Source: Bacillus subtilis subsp. subtilis str. 168
Lineage (GTDB): Bacteria; Bacillota; Bacilli; Bacillales; Bacillaceae
Assembly: GCF_000009045.1 (NCBI RefSeq)
Contig: NC_000964.3
Coordinates: 3,224,001-3,288,000, forward strand
DNA: 64,000 nucleotides
Reading direction: 5' to 3'
Shown here: positions 28,804-38,008 of the stretch, piece after piece
Position numbering within the stretch: position 1 is the first letter of the stretch
How the letters are laid out: every line of letters begins with the position of its first letter
The notes under the pieces: model-generated
Database searches by the model: none
What the model was told of the DNA's origin: nothing
The model's input: the letters and a program-made list of their open reading frames with translations, nothing else
Program-made: the position numbers and the translations under genes

Positions 28804-29448
28804 TTAAAGTACACCGTCTGATTTCGCAATCAAAACCGCTTCCGTCCGTGAACCGACATTCAGCTTATTGAAAATCGATGTCAAGCTGTATTCAATGGAC
28901 CGCTTGCTTAAATGAAGGGCATCTGCGATTTCTTGGTTTGTAAATCCCTTTTCAACTTCTTGAAGAATCAGGCATTCTCTAGGTGTGAGCACATCTTGTT
29001 CTTTTTGAGAGGAAGGAGCCGGCTTTGTTTTTTGCTGAGTCATCAGCTGTTTAAAGTAAGCAAAATCGACTAAAATTTCTCCGTTGAGTACGTGGTATAT
29101 GTATTGGGTGATCTTTTCTTTAGATTCCGTTTTGCTGATGGCACCGTGCAGACCCGCACGAATCGCTTCCTCGAAATAATCCTCGACCTCATAACCGGTA
29201 TACACGATAATTTTACAATGAGGATTCTCTTGTAAAATCTGTTTAGAAAGCTCCATCCCATTGACCTCGCCGCCTAGATTCAGATCCATTAAAATGAGAT
29301 CATATGACGAGAAATCATGCTGCTTGATAAACTGTTCGCTCGGTTCAGGACTGAGACAATCAACAGACAAATTCGAATCCGTTTCCAAAATTGTCTTGGT
29401 GCCTTCCATGACAGCCGGATGGTCATCAATCACTAGTATCTTTTTCAT
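28804..29448 (-). CDS. comA: NarL-family response regulator of competence quorum sensing, 214 aa
   Basis: Receiver domain IDDHP, LMDLN and LuxR HTH LTPRECLIL...NQEIA. SD GGGAGG. Confidence 0.97.
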   Translation of the reverse strand: MKKILVIDDHPAVMEGTKTILETDSNLSVDCLSPEPSEQFIKQHDFSSYDLILMDLNLGGEVNGMELSKQILQENPHCKIIVYTGYEVEDYFEEAIRAGLHGAISKTESKEKITQYIYHVLNGEILVDFAYFKQLMTQQKTKPAPSSQKEQDVLTPRECLILQEVEKGFTNQEIADALHLSKRSIEYSLTSIFNKLNVGSRTEAVLIAKSDGVL

Positions 29449-29484
29449 GTTTTCCTCCCTTTTACTCACTCTTTTCCATTTTAT

Positions 29485-29514
29485 AAAAAAGACTTGGCCT
29501 GTGCCAAGTCGTTT
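29485..29514 (-). terminator. Hairpin between comP and comA (terminator-like)
   Basis: Minus strand GACTTGG-CACAGG-CCAAGTC followed by TTTTTT. Confidence 0.65.
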
Positions 29515-29528
29515 CCGTTATAAATCCA

Positions 29529-31838
29529 TTACAATTCGATTTCAATATCAGCCTTAAAGCCCTTTCCTTCACTTGTTTCAATCCGAAGGCGCCCATCTAA
29601 AGCCCTGACTCTCTCCTTAATGCCAGAAAGCCCCATGCTCATGGAATGCTCAGTATTTTTTTCTTGATCAAACCCAACGCCATCGTCCTCATAATGAAGA
29701 ACGATTTTGTTTTGAATACTGATGAGCATAATCAGCACATCCGTCGCCTGAGAGTGCTTGACCGCATTAGACAGAAACTCTTGAATGATCCGGTACAAAT
29801 TCAGCTGCGAATCCAGATCAAGGGAAGCCGTAAATCTCCCGGTATTTAAACGGATATGAAACGGAACCCGCTCCTGCTGCTGCGCCACCAGCTTCGACAG
29901 CGCCTTCACCAATCCAAGATCATACAGAAGCTGCGGCCGCAGCTCATGACACGTCTCCCTCGTCATCGAAATCACATCAGACATCTGCTCATTCATCTGT
30001 ACAAGCTTGTCCTGCACCTCTTCACGGCACGGATTATCATCCTTCTTGAAATCACCCAAAAACAGCTCACACTGGCGTTTTAAGGAAATCAAATCCTGAA
30101 GAACCGAATCGTGGAGATCGCGGGCGAGTCCTGAACGCTGTTTTTCTTCGATTGCAAACATTAGCTTTTTCAGCCAGATGGGGTTGGTTCCCTCTTGTTT
30201 TAAGTCCTTCAAATGTTCCATGAGCTCCTCAATATGCAGGACATTTTCCATGGACACACTTGTATAAAAAGACAGTGTTTTCAGCCACGATATTTCATCA
30301 CGTGTTAGCCGGGGAGTGTTAATATTAGATAAACAAAGCAGAACATAAGAACTACCGCCTCGTTCACCAACTTTCATAAGAAAGCCTTGATTGACTTCTA
30401 TAATTTTCCCAATTTCTGAAGTTACGTTTTCAAATTCCTCTTGATAAAAATTCCAGTCCGGTCCAACTTCATGCTTATCTAAAAATATCACTTTGTGATC
30501 AGGAGTAACCTCAAAGGTATAAGCTTTGCTTACAAGCAAAACATCCAGTATAGTATTTTTCAGTTCTTTAAAAACTTGTTGAAGAGAAGTTACACCCCTC
30601 ATTAGCTGAGTATATTTAAAAATACTGTCCTGATAGTTGAATTTTTCGGAGAAACGTTTTAACCGAAATTTAAAATCCATGACCTCTTTAAAATAAAAGA
30701 CAGCGAACATGACAACGAAAAAAAATACAGTTTGACGCACAGGGTTCATCTGGATGTCCATTACATCAAACAGAACTAATGCACCAACTATTAGAAGAGT
30801 TGGTATCATGGCAAGTAGAGCATAGTATCTCATTCTTCCTAAGATAAACTCTATATCAAACATCTTATTGGCTACAAATTGGTATACTAACCCGAACGGA
30901 ATTAGTACTAGTAATGACGCCGAAGCTAATGCCGGGAAAATATAATTACCTGTAAATATTATTGGAAGAACAAAAAATATCAAAAAAGGCGCAAATGAAA
31001 GAGTGTTTGTTAAAATTAGTAATTTAAGAATAAACGAATGCTCAGCATATTTATATTTATTAAGATGTAAGTATATCGCTGAAAAAGAAAATAGAGTCAA
31101 AGTTGCAAAAGAAACCAAATTAAGAGTTGCTAAAAAATCAATATCTACTTGTAAATAGTCTTGAAAAAACTCAATACCAAGATTAAATATTGGTATGATA
31201 TAAAGAAAAGAAATTCTATTCAAAAAAGTTTTACCTATTTCTCCAAGGTATCTTTGTATAAATTGAAGATAAAGAATAGGAGAAGATATAAAAGTAAACA
31301 AGTTAATATACCGATTGATTATATGTCCTCTAAATGGTCCGCCTGCACTTATATATGCTATCGAAATGTCTAATAACAATAGAATAAGAATATAGGCAGC
31401 AAATGATCTCCTTTTTTTATTTACTTTAAGTATATAAAAAATACATATTATGCTTAAAAAATAAAAAAACAAAGGAAGTACGAACAGAAAAAAACTATAA
31501 GGTCTATTTAGAGTAACTAAATCAAAATCTTTGAGATGAATCTTTTTTCCACTTCTCAAAATATCCAGACTGTTAATATGACTCAAATATCCCCATTTCA
31601 AATGTTTGTCTGAAGGTTTTTCTTTATTAATTTTTAATATGATGTCTCCCTGTCTCAGACCAACAAATTGTCCATATGAAGATTCCGATATTTCTTCTAT
31701 CATAAATTGACTTTTATCATTTTTATGAATCTTAGTCCCAATAATAATTCCATTCATACTGATATAAGTTGTATAGCTTATATAAAGGATACTCAAAACA
31801 ATTACAGCTATTGTGAATTTTTTTATTAAGTTCTTCAA
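29529..31838 (-). CDS. comP: ComX-sensing histidine kinase, 769 aa
   Basis: N-terminal PDZ-like region and multiple TMs, HisKA_3 box ARDLHDSVLQ, DDGVGF, GLSGIKER. TTG start. Confidence 0.96.
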   Translation of the reverse strand: MKNLIKKFTIAVIVLSILYISYTTYISMNGIIIGTKIHKNDKSQFMIEEISESSYGQFVGLRQGDIILKINKEKPSDKHLKWGYLSHINSLDILRSGKKIHLKDFDLVTLNRPYSFFLFVLPLFFYFLSIICIFYILKVNKKRRSFAAYILILLLLDISIAYISAGGPFRGHIINRYINLFTFISSPILYLQFIQRYLGEIGKTFLNRISFLYIIPIFNLGIEFFQDYLQVDIDFLATLNLVSFATLTLFSFSAIYLHLNKYKYAEHSFILKLLILTNTLSFAPFLIFFVLPIIFTGNYIFPALASASLLVLIPFGLVYQFVANKMFDIEFILGRMRYYALLAMIPTLLIVGALVLFDVMDIQMNPVRQTVFFFVVMFAVFYFKEVMDFKFRLKRFSEKFNYQDSIFKYTQLMRGVTSLQQVFKELKNTILDVLLVSKAYTFEVTPDHKVIFLDKHEVGPDWNFYQEEFENVTSEIGKIIEVNQGFLMKVGERGGSSYVLLCLSNINTPRLTRDEISWLKTLSFYTSVSMENVLHIEELMEHLKDLKQEGTNPIWLKKLMFAIEEKQRSGLARDLHDSVLQDLISLKRQCELFLGDFKKDDNPCREEVQDKLVQMNEQMSDVISMTRETCHELRPQLLYDLGLVKALSKLVAQQQERVPFHIRLNTGRFTASLDLDSQLNLYRIIQEFLSNAVKHSQATDVLIMLISIQNKIVLHYEDDGVGFDQEKNTEHSMSMGLSGIKERVRALDGRLRIETSEGKGFKADIEIEL

Positions 31839-31852
31839 TATTAATCCACCTA

Positions 31853-32020
31853 TTAATCACCCCATTGACGGGTTATTGGATCAGCCAGATAATAATCATT
31901 ATAAGCTTTAATTATTGTTTCAGTTTCTTGCACATCAAAACCTATAAGGCAGGCTTCTTTATTTTTCAATTTTTTTAAAGCCTCAGGATAATTTAAAAAG
32001 TAGTTAATTAGGTCTTGCAT
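31853..32020 (-). CDS. comX: Competence pheromone precursor, 55 aa (168 pherotype, mature [10 protein letters not shown] with prenylated Trp)
   Basis: Translation from ATG 32020. SD AAAGGGGG. Trp third from the C-terminus. Confidence 0.96.
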
Positions 32021-32907
32021 CTTGTATCCCCCTTTGTATAACTTAATAAGCATTCCTTTATTAGCTCTTTTTTTTCTTTATCTAAATTTAATTGTTCTAT
32101 AGCAGAAATACATTTCTGTTTATATATTTCCAATAATACCGAAATGTATTGAGTAACTCCCGCTTTAATTAATTTTTCTTGGAATTTCTCTTTATCAAGT
32201 AACGATTTATAATATAAGTCTTTATGTGAAATTAAGTATAATAAATCTTCCGAAGCATCATTAAAAAGGCGCTTAAGATATAAGTAAATCAGTGTATGTT
32301 TGTTTTTTTCAATATCACTGCGATTTCCGGATAAAAGAACATAATAATCTCCAGAAATTTGAGCTATAATCCCTTTATAGTAGGAATATCTTTCAACTGT
32401 TTCATTATATTCTCCTGTAGCCAATAAAACACCTGCTACATTTGCTAGTGCAATCAGACTTCCACATTTTAATCTAATTACTTCTAAACTTTCATCTTCT
32501 GTTTTAGATTTATTAGTGATATCGTCATGTTGACCTTGCATGGCCTCGTTTACGTATTTTAAAACATATTTAAAAATTAGAGGATTGTTATTTAATGAAT
32601 AAATACTCGTTAATCCTACTGTATACAAGGAAAGTGCTGCATTTAACGACTCCGAGCGATTAATTTTCATCCATAATGCATGGTGATTATCTTCATCTTC
32701 AAGATCATCCATAATATCTGATGAAAGAATAAGAATTTCTATTCCCGCGCCAAGCCTTGTTGCAACATCTAAATTCTCCCCTCCAAAAACAACATAATGT
32801 AAGATTGTGGATTCAGCAAAGGAGAATGTTTCTTTAGAATCAATAAATGAGTAAAGAAGTTGTGACAAATCCTCGTTAAATATGTTTTGCTCCACAATCT
32901 CCTTCAT
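32008..32907 (-). CDS. comQ: ComX tryptophan prenyltransferase (conventional start 32907; ATT 32949 possible)
   Basis: First Asp-rich motif SDIMDDLED and degenerate second motif GDYYVL. Overlaps the comX start. Confidence 0.94.
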
Positions 32908-33063
32908 TTTCTCCTTGATCCGGACAGAATCTAAACATATCTGCTCAATAACGACTTCCCCCCTCCCATTCCATTTTACTAAATGGGACATTTAAAGGAC
33001 AGCAGGTTTTTCGTTTTTTAACAATCATATAATACTTTATCCATTTATTGTATCGGTAGAACG

Positions 33064-33092
33064 AAAAAAAAGACTTGTTTCCAAGTCTTTTT
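33064..33092 (-). terminator. degQ terminator
   Basis: AAAAAGACTTG / CAAGTCTTTTT stem with T8 on the minus strand. Confidence 0.75.
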
Positions 33093-33232
33093 CACGAAAT
33101 TTTCATTGCATAATTGTATTTATCGAGTTGATCAATGCTTTTGTTAATGTTTCGTAATGAATCTGTCGTTTCTTTAATATCAAGTTCGAGTCGGAATAAC
33201 AATTGTTTTACTTCTTCAAGTTTCTTTTCCAT
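33092..33232 (-). CDS. degQ: DegQ, 46-aa enhancer of DegS-DegU phosphotransfer
   Basis: Manual translation MEKKLEEVKQLLFRLELDIKETTDSLRNINKSIDQLDKYNYAMKIS. SD AAAGGAGTG. Below the ORF-track size cutoff. Confidence 0.96.
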   Translation of the reverse strand: MEKKLEEVKQLLFRLELDIKETTDSLRNINKSIDQLDKYNYAMKIS

Positions 33233-33311
33233 CGTTTCCACACTCCTTTTTTTGAAAGATCAATGAATTGTGTATGGTGAACGAGTCCTAGGTATTTGAT
33301 CTGTTACTAAT

Positions 33312-33340
33312 AGTGTGTCTGCTTTCGGCTCATTTTTCAC
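33312..33340 (-). promoter_or_regulatory. degQ SigA promoter carrying the weak -10 allele
   Basis: Minus strand GTGAAA-N17-CACACT. Confidence 0.8.
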
Positions 33341-33348
33341 CGAAAAGT

Positions 33349-33377
33349 ATGCAAAAAAGTCCTGCGTGACACCGCAA
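33349..33377 (-). promoter_or_regulatory. ComA box (RE1-RE2-RE3) upstream of degQ
   Basis: TTGCGG-TGTC-ACGCAG, plus TTGCAT 17 nt after RE1. Matches TTGCGG-N4-CCGCAA. Confidence 0.8.
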
Positions 33378-33692
33378 ATCTCAATAGGTCCTTATACTCA
33401 AAGGAATCACAACAAGAACGGGACTATCTTTCTATGCGAAAGAGCGTTTATATGTGCTGAAATTGAGAAAGATTCTTAATCTCCTTGATTTTAACGGGTT
33501 TCGCATTTTCACTAAGCAAGACTATAGTCCTTCATACCGTATTTTCAAAATTGAATATGCGATTCTTGGCGTTTCCTGACCGACAAACACCGAAAAAGAC
33601 CGCAACGCTAAAGTTGTGGCCTTTTCGCTTTGTCATATTCGGCAATTAGGGATCTATACATATAGAAACATCCTTTTTTGCGAGGTGCTCCC

Positions 33693-34061
33693 ATGAGATA
33701 TCGTTATCCCTGGTTTTACGTGTATCCGTATGAGGTACGCCGTCCGCCCGCTCCTGCCAACAATATTGATACCTTTATCCGTTCAGCGAAGCAGGCCGCA
33801 GGGATATTTGCGGATGCCCAGCTCGTTCTCAGCCGCATTGCGGGCTCGCGGGAGCTTTCGCGCCGCATTCTGACCGCAGCCGAACAGTCTGATAAACAAA
33901 CTATAAGGCGCCTGATCAAACAAATGGGCGTCCGGCATGAAGTGGATACGGTCTTTAATCCCGACGGCATCTATATCAGCCTTATCGGAACGCAAAGCCG
34001 AATGATTCTTGCTTTGCGGTGGTCAGAGGACCGCAATCATTTTGCGTCCATAAGATTATGA
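33693..34061 (+). CDS. yuzC: Spore coat-associated protein, 122 aa
   Basis: Tyr/Pro-rich N-terminus (MRYRYPWFYVYPY). SD GAGGTG. SigE-like TCATATT...TATACATA at 33633-33662. Confidence 0.85.
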   Translation: MRYRYPWFYVYPYEVRRPPAPANNIDTFIRSAKQAAGIFADAQLVLSRIAGSRELSRRILTAAEQSDKQTIRRLIKQMGVRHEVDTVFNPDGIYISLIGTQSRMILALRWSEDRNHFASIRL

Positions 34062-35266
34062 CACCATTCCAGAGCCTCTAAATAACATTCATACGCTTCT
34101 TCTTTGTCCAGTTGATTGCCTAATTCTGAGCAAGTGTCCCAGTTGTTGCTTTCAATTAATTTCACAAGCTCAAGCATTTGGTAGTAGTCGTTTTGATGGC
34201 CTAATAATGCTTGCCCGACTTCATCTTTTAAAGGCAATTCTTGAACAATTTCCTCTATTTCTCTATGCAGGAGGGTGTCTATGAGAGAAAACATTCCGAT
34301 CAGCATATAAGAAGCAGGCTGCGGCCGGGATGTCTTTCTCGCCAGCAGTTCGCAAAGCTTTGCTCTTATCAGAGAAATCTTAATGATTTCGTGCTTGCTG
34401 GAATGCCCTTTCCTGCTTAAATCCTTAAAGGAAAGAATATATATCCACCGTTTGATTTCATTAAATCCCAGCAGCATAATGGCCTGTTGAATGCTTTCAA
34501 TTTTCTGGCTCAAACGGCTGTGGGATGAGTTTAAAAATTTTAAAATTTGATAGGACAGTGATAAATCCCGCTCTATGTACTCTGTCACACGCTTTATGTT
34601 AGGCTGCTCTTTACTCAGTTCGTTAAGCAGTTCATAGTAAGAATAGAAATGAGTCGATAGGTCATGCCCGCTGATGATGCGCGGCTCGCTGAAAAAGTAG
34701 CCTTGGAATAATTGAAAGCCGTCTTGGACCGCCTGTTTATATTCTTTTCGGGTCTCTACTTTTTCCGCTAAAAAAATCAGGCCGCGGCAGCCGTAGGTTT
34801 GCAAAATTGTTCTGCGTTCCATTCGTGTTGTTTTGAGAAAATCAATTTTCAATATATCAATATAGCTCATGAGTTTTTCCAGTAAGTCCTCATCTTGCGG
34901 ATTTATTGCATAAAAATCATCAAGCGCCAGCATATACCCCATTTTTTTCAATTCTTTGCATCTAGAAATGAGGGCCGGCGTGATCGGTATATCTTCAAGG
35001 ATTTCAATGACAAGCTGTTTCGGATTGAAGGAGGTGGGAAGATTCGAAAACATCAGGCTTTCCGTAAAATTAACAAAACAGCGTTTCCCTTCCGTCAGCT
35101 TCTCAATTCCGATGTTTAAAAAGCTGTTGATCACCAAATCTGTTGTTGCCTGATCGCCGTCTTTAGCGCTATACACGTTCTCTTCGCTTTCTCTATACAG
35201 CAGTTCATAAGCAACAACCTGTTCTTTTCTATTAAAAATAGGCTGTCTTGCAACAAACACCCTCAT
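34037..35266 (-). CDS. pdeH: EAL-HDOD c-di-GMP phosphodiesterase
   Basis: FVARQPI...YELLYR (ELL-type EAL), ALDDF, EKVE, QGYFF, then an HDOD domain. Formerly yuxH. Confidence 0.94.
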   Translation of the reverse strand: MRVFVARQPIFNRKEQVVAYELLYRESEENVYSAKDGDQATTDLVINSFLNIGIEKLTEGKRCFVNFTESLMFSNLPTSFNPKQLVIEILEDIPITPALISRCKELKKMGYMLALDDFYAINPQDEDLLEKLMSYIDILKIDFLKTTRMERRTILQTYGCRGLIFLAEKVETRKEYKQAVQDGFQLFQGYFFSEPRIISGHDLSTHFYSYYELLNELSKEQPNIKRVTEYIERDLSLSYQILKFLNSSHSRLSQKIESIQQAIMLLGFNEIKRWIYILSFKDLSRKGHSSKHEIIKISLIRAKLCELLARKTSRPQPASYMLIGMFSLIDTLLHREIEEIVQELPLKDEVGQALLGHQNDYYQMLELVKLIESNNWDTCSELGNQLDKEEAYECYLEALEWCHNLMDAK

Positions 35267-35322
35267 TGATTTATCCCCCTTACAATACGCGCGGCTTTCA
35301 CCCCTAAGTATATCAAATAATT

Positions 35323-35329
35323 TGACGAA
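35323..35329 (+). promoter_or_regulatory. Spo0A box upstream of pdeH
   Basis: TGACGAA matches TGNCGAA. Spo0A repression of pdeH is known. The motif is short, so chance matches occur. Confidence 0.5.
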
Positions 35330-35365
35330 AATTGTCTAAACATGAAAAATAATATATACATAAAG

Positions 35366-35402
35366 AAAACTGGCCCTTCGCGAATGAAAGGCCAGTTTTT
35401 CT
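35366..35402 (-). terminator. pncA-pncB terminator
   Basis: Stem AAAACTGGCC / GGCCAGTTTT. Confidence 0.7.
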
Positions 35403-36875
35403 TTATTCTTCCTCAAGCTCTTCTTCAATTCTGCTTTTCACTTCGTGGATCCGCTGCATTTTATTGCTCCAGCAGTCCTCGCTTAAATCAACCGGGTATT
35501 CCTCCGGCTTGCTGATTCTCTTATATTCCTCCCAAAGCAGGCTGAGGTTATCCTGCACATACTGCTGTATGTCTGAAATCTCAGGGTTTTGGTAGCAAAG
35601 AATACCCTTCTCAAAAATCAGTTCATGAAGATCCTTCGCATAAAAATTCGTGACAAATTTGCTGATGAATGTATGAACCGGGTGGAACATTCTGAGCCGC
35701 TTCTGATCATTCACCTGCTCATCATAAAGCGCAATATAGTCGCCTTCAGAATGATGGTTGGACTGATTAATAATGCGGTAGACTTTCTTTCTGCCCGGTG
35801 TCGTCACTTTTTCAGGATTGGACGAAATTTTGATCGTGTCGACCATTTTCCCGTCTTCTTCAATGGCAACGAGTTTATAAACTGCGCCGAGAGCCGGCTG
35901 GTCATAGGCAGTGATCAGCTTCGTACCGACACCCCAGACATCAATGCGCGCTCCCTGAGCCTTTAAATTCATAATGGTGTGCTCATCCAAATCGCTTGAA
36001 GCAATCACCTTCGCATCTGTAAATCCTGCTTCATCAAGCATTTTCCGGGCTTTTTTTGACAGGTACGCCAAATCGCCGCTGTCCAGACGGATGCCAATGA
36101 AATTAATGCGGTCGCCGAATTCCTTGGCAACCCTAATCGCGTTCGGCATGCCTGAACGAAGCGTGTCATACGTGTCAACTAAGAAGACGCAATCCTTATG
36201 TGTTTCCGCGTATTTTTTGAAAGCTGTATATTCATCGCGGTAAGCCTGCACAAGCGCATGCGCATGTGTGCCGGAAACCGGGATATTAAAGCGCTTTCCG
36301 GCTCTTACATTGCTTGTCGCGCTAAAGCCGCCGATTAAGGCTGCTCTCGCTCCCCACATGGCCGCATCCATTTCGTGCGCCCGTCTTGTTCCGAATTCAA
36401 GCGCAACTTCATCACCGATGACGCCTTTAATCCGGGCAGCCTTTGTTGCGATTAATGTTTGATAGTTCACAATGTTGAGCAAAGCTGTTTCAATCAGCTG
36501 CGCTTCTACCAGGGGTGCCTCCACCCTCATAATCGGCTCATTGTTAAAAACGAGTTCTCCTTCTTTCATGGAGTAAAGTGAACCTGTAAAAGATAAGCCG
36601 CGCAAATATTCAATAAAATCTTCATGATACCCGAGTTCATCCTGTAAATAACTCAAATCGCTATCCGTAAACTTGAAATTTTCCAAGTATTCAATGGCTT
36701 TTTCCAAGCCCGCAAATACGGCATAGCCATTTTCAAACGGAAGCCTTCTGAAAAACAGCTCAAAAATCGCTTTCTTTTCATGAATGCCGTCTCTCCAGTA
36801 CGTTTCCGCCATATTGATCTGATAAAGGTCTGTATGTAATGACAGGCTGTCATCTTTAAATCCGTACTCTAACAC
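35403..36875 (-). CDS. pncB: Nicotinate phosphoribosyltransferase
   Basis: Motifs TDLYQ, EFGTRRAH, GTHAH, VDTYD, IRLDSGD. Formerly yueK. Confidence 0.95.
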   Translation of the reverse strand: MLEYGFKDDSLSLHTDLYQINMAETYWRDGIHEKKAIFELFFRRLPFENGYAVFAGLEKAIEYLENFKFTDSDLSYLQDELGYHEDFIEYLRGLSFTGSLYSMKEGELVFNNEPIMRVEAPLVEAQLIETALLNIVNYQTLIATKAARIKGVIGDEVALEFGTRRAHEMDAAMWGARAALIGGFSATSNVRAGKRFNIPVSGTHAHALVQAYRDEYTAFKKYAETHKDCVFLVDTYDTLRSGMPNAIRVAKEFGDRINFIGIRLDSGDLAYLSKKARKMLDEAGFTDAKVIASSDLDEHTIMNLKAQGARIDVWGVGTKLITAYDQPALGAVYKLVAIEEDGKMVDTIKISSNPEKVTTPGRKKVYRIINQSNHHSEGDYIALYDEQVNDQKRLRMFHPVHTFISKFVTNFYAKDLHELIFEKGILCYQNPEISDIQQYVQDNLSLLWEEYKRISKPEEYPVDLSEDCWSNKMQRIHEVKSRIEEELEEE

Positions 36876-36890
36876 TGTTTTTCCCCTTCC

Positions 36891-37442
36891 TTACTCTGCC
36901 ACTTGCGCTCCGATGCTGTTTGCAAAATGGGAAAGAGCCCATGCGTGCCCCTCCTGATTAAAGCTGGCAACAGCTTGTTTATGCACAACAATCCGAAAAC
37001 CTTTGTTGTATGCGTCAACAGCTGTATGCAACACACAAATATCTGTGCAGACACCGGCAAGATGCAGTTCGCCAATCTGCCGCTCTCTGAGTTTGAGCTC
37101 TAAATCAGTTCCCGCAAAAGCAGAATATCTCGTTTTTTCCATGTAGTAAACATTAGGTTCATGTTCATGTTTCTGATATAGAGGCAAAAGCTTTCCGTAC
37201 AGATCTTTTCCTTCCGTGCCTTTTATATTATGCGGAGGAAAAAGACGGGTTTCAGGGTGATATTGATCCCCTTCATCATGAGAATCTACTGCTAATACGA
37301 CGTAATCACCGTTTGTGATGAATTCTTTAGTTAAATTGACGATCGCCTCTTCAATCATTCTGCCGGGCTCCCCGCAGGTCAATTTTCCGTCACTCGCCAC
37401 AAAATCATTCGTATAATCAATACAAATAAGTGCTTTTTTCAT
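36891..37442 (-). CDS. pncA: Nicotinamidase (isochorismatase-like), 183 aa
   Basis: IDYTNDF, DSH, FPPHN, KTRYSAF, GVCTDICV. SD GGGGAGG. Formerly yueJ. Confidence 0.93.
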   Translation of the reverse strand: MKKALICIDYTNDFVASDGKLTCGEPGRMIEEAIVNLTKEFITNGDYVVLAVDSHDEGDQYHPETRLFPPHNIKGTEGKDLYGKLLPLYQKHEHEPNVYYMEKTRYSAFAGTDLELKLRERQIGELHLAGVCTDICVLHTAVDAYNKGFRIVVHKQAVASFNQEGHAWALSHFANSIGAQVAE

Positions 37443-37472
37443 AGCCGGCCTCCCCGCCATCAGTATGAGAAC

Positions 37473-37501
37473 ATTATATCTTATCTCCAGTTGTAAGTGA
37501 A
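37473..37501 (-). promoter_or_regulatory. SigA promoter of pncA-pncB
   Basis: Minus strand TTCACT-N17-TATAAT, directly after the yueI terminator (37513-37538). Confidence 0.7.
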
Positions 37502-37538
37502 TTGCCATGAACAAAAAGACAAACGGTCCGTTTGTCTC

Positions 37539-37937
37539 TTACGATTTCAGTACTGACCGATTATAAATGTCGTCCTGAATATATATCAATTCACGATTCA
37601 CAGCGATATCAGCCGCAATGACGATGCCTAAGGGCGTATGAAACTGGAGATCAGATACAATCTTGAAAGGCACTCCGTACCGGCTCGCCATTTGGATATA
37701 AGAAGAGTAAGACTGATACTGAAGCTCTCCATTAATCAAAAGGGTGACGTTATGGCTGTTTTTCAGCTCGTGCTCTGCCTCTTTATACGGTTTGCTTCTA
37801 AGCACCTGTCCTTTCGTCAGTGCCAAAACGACTCTTTCTCTTAAAGAGCCTAAAAACAAATGGCGCTCGTCAGGCTTTGTCTCCAAAGGCCCATACATTC
37901 CTTGCTGCAAATAGAGATCCATTTTATCTTCACTCAA
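37539..37937 (-). CDS. yueI: Conserved protein of unknown function (DUF1694-like), 132 aa
   Basis: TTG start, motif KPDERHLFLGSLRERV. Confidence 0.85.
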   Translation of the reverse strand: MSEDKMDLYLQQGMYGPLETKPDERHLFLGSLRERVVLALTKGQVLRSKPYKEAEHELKNSHNVTLLINGELQYQSYSSYIQMASRYGVPFKIVSDLQFHTPLGIVIAADIAVNRELIYIQDDIYNRSVLKS

Positions 37938-38008
37938 AAGCCTGTCCTCCCGTCTTGTTTGTCTTCATTATCACCTGATCAGGCAGGAGCTAAACTTTCA
38001 AGCGCCGT

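Noticed and set aside
32950-32991. comQ start at ATG 32991 (327 aa) as in the ORF track
   Set aside because: No SD upstream. The strong SD lies inside this extension and points to a start further downstream.
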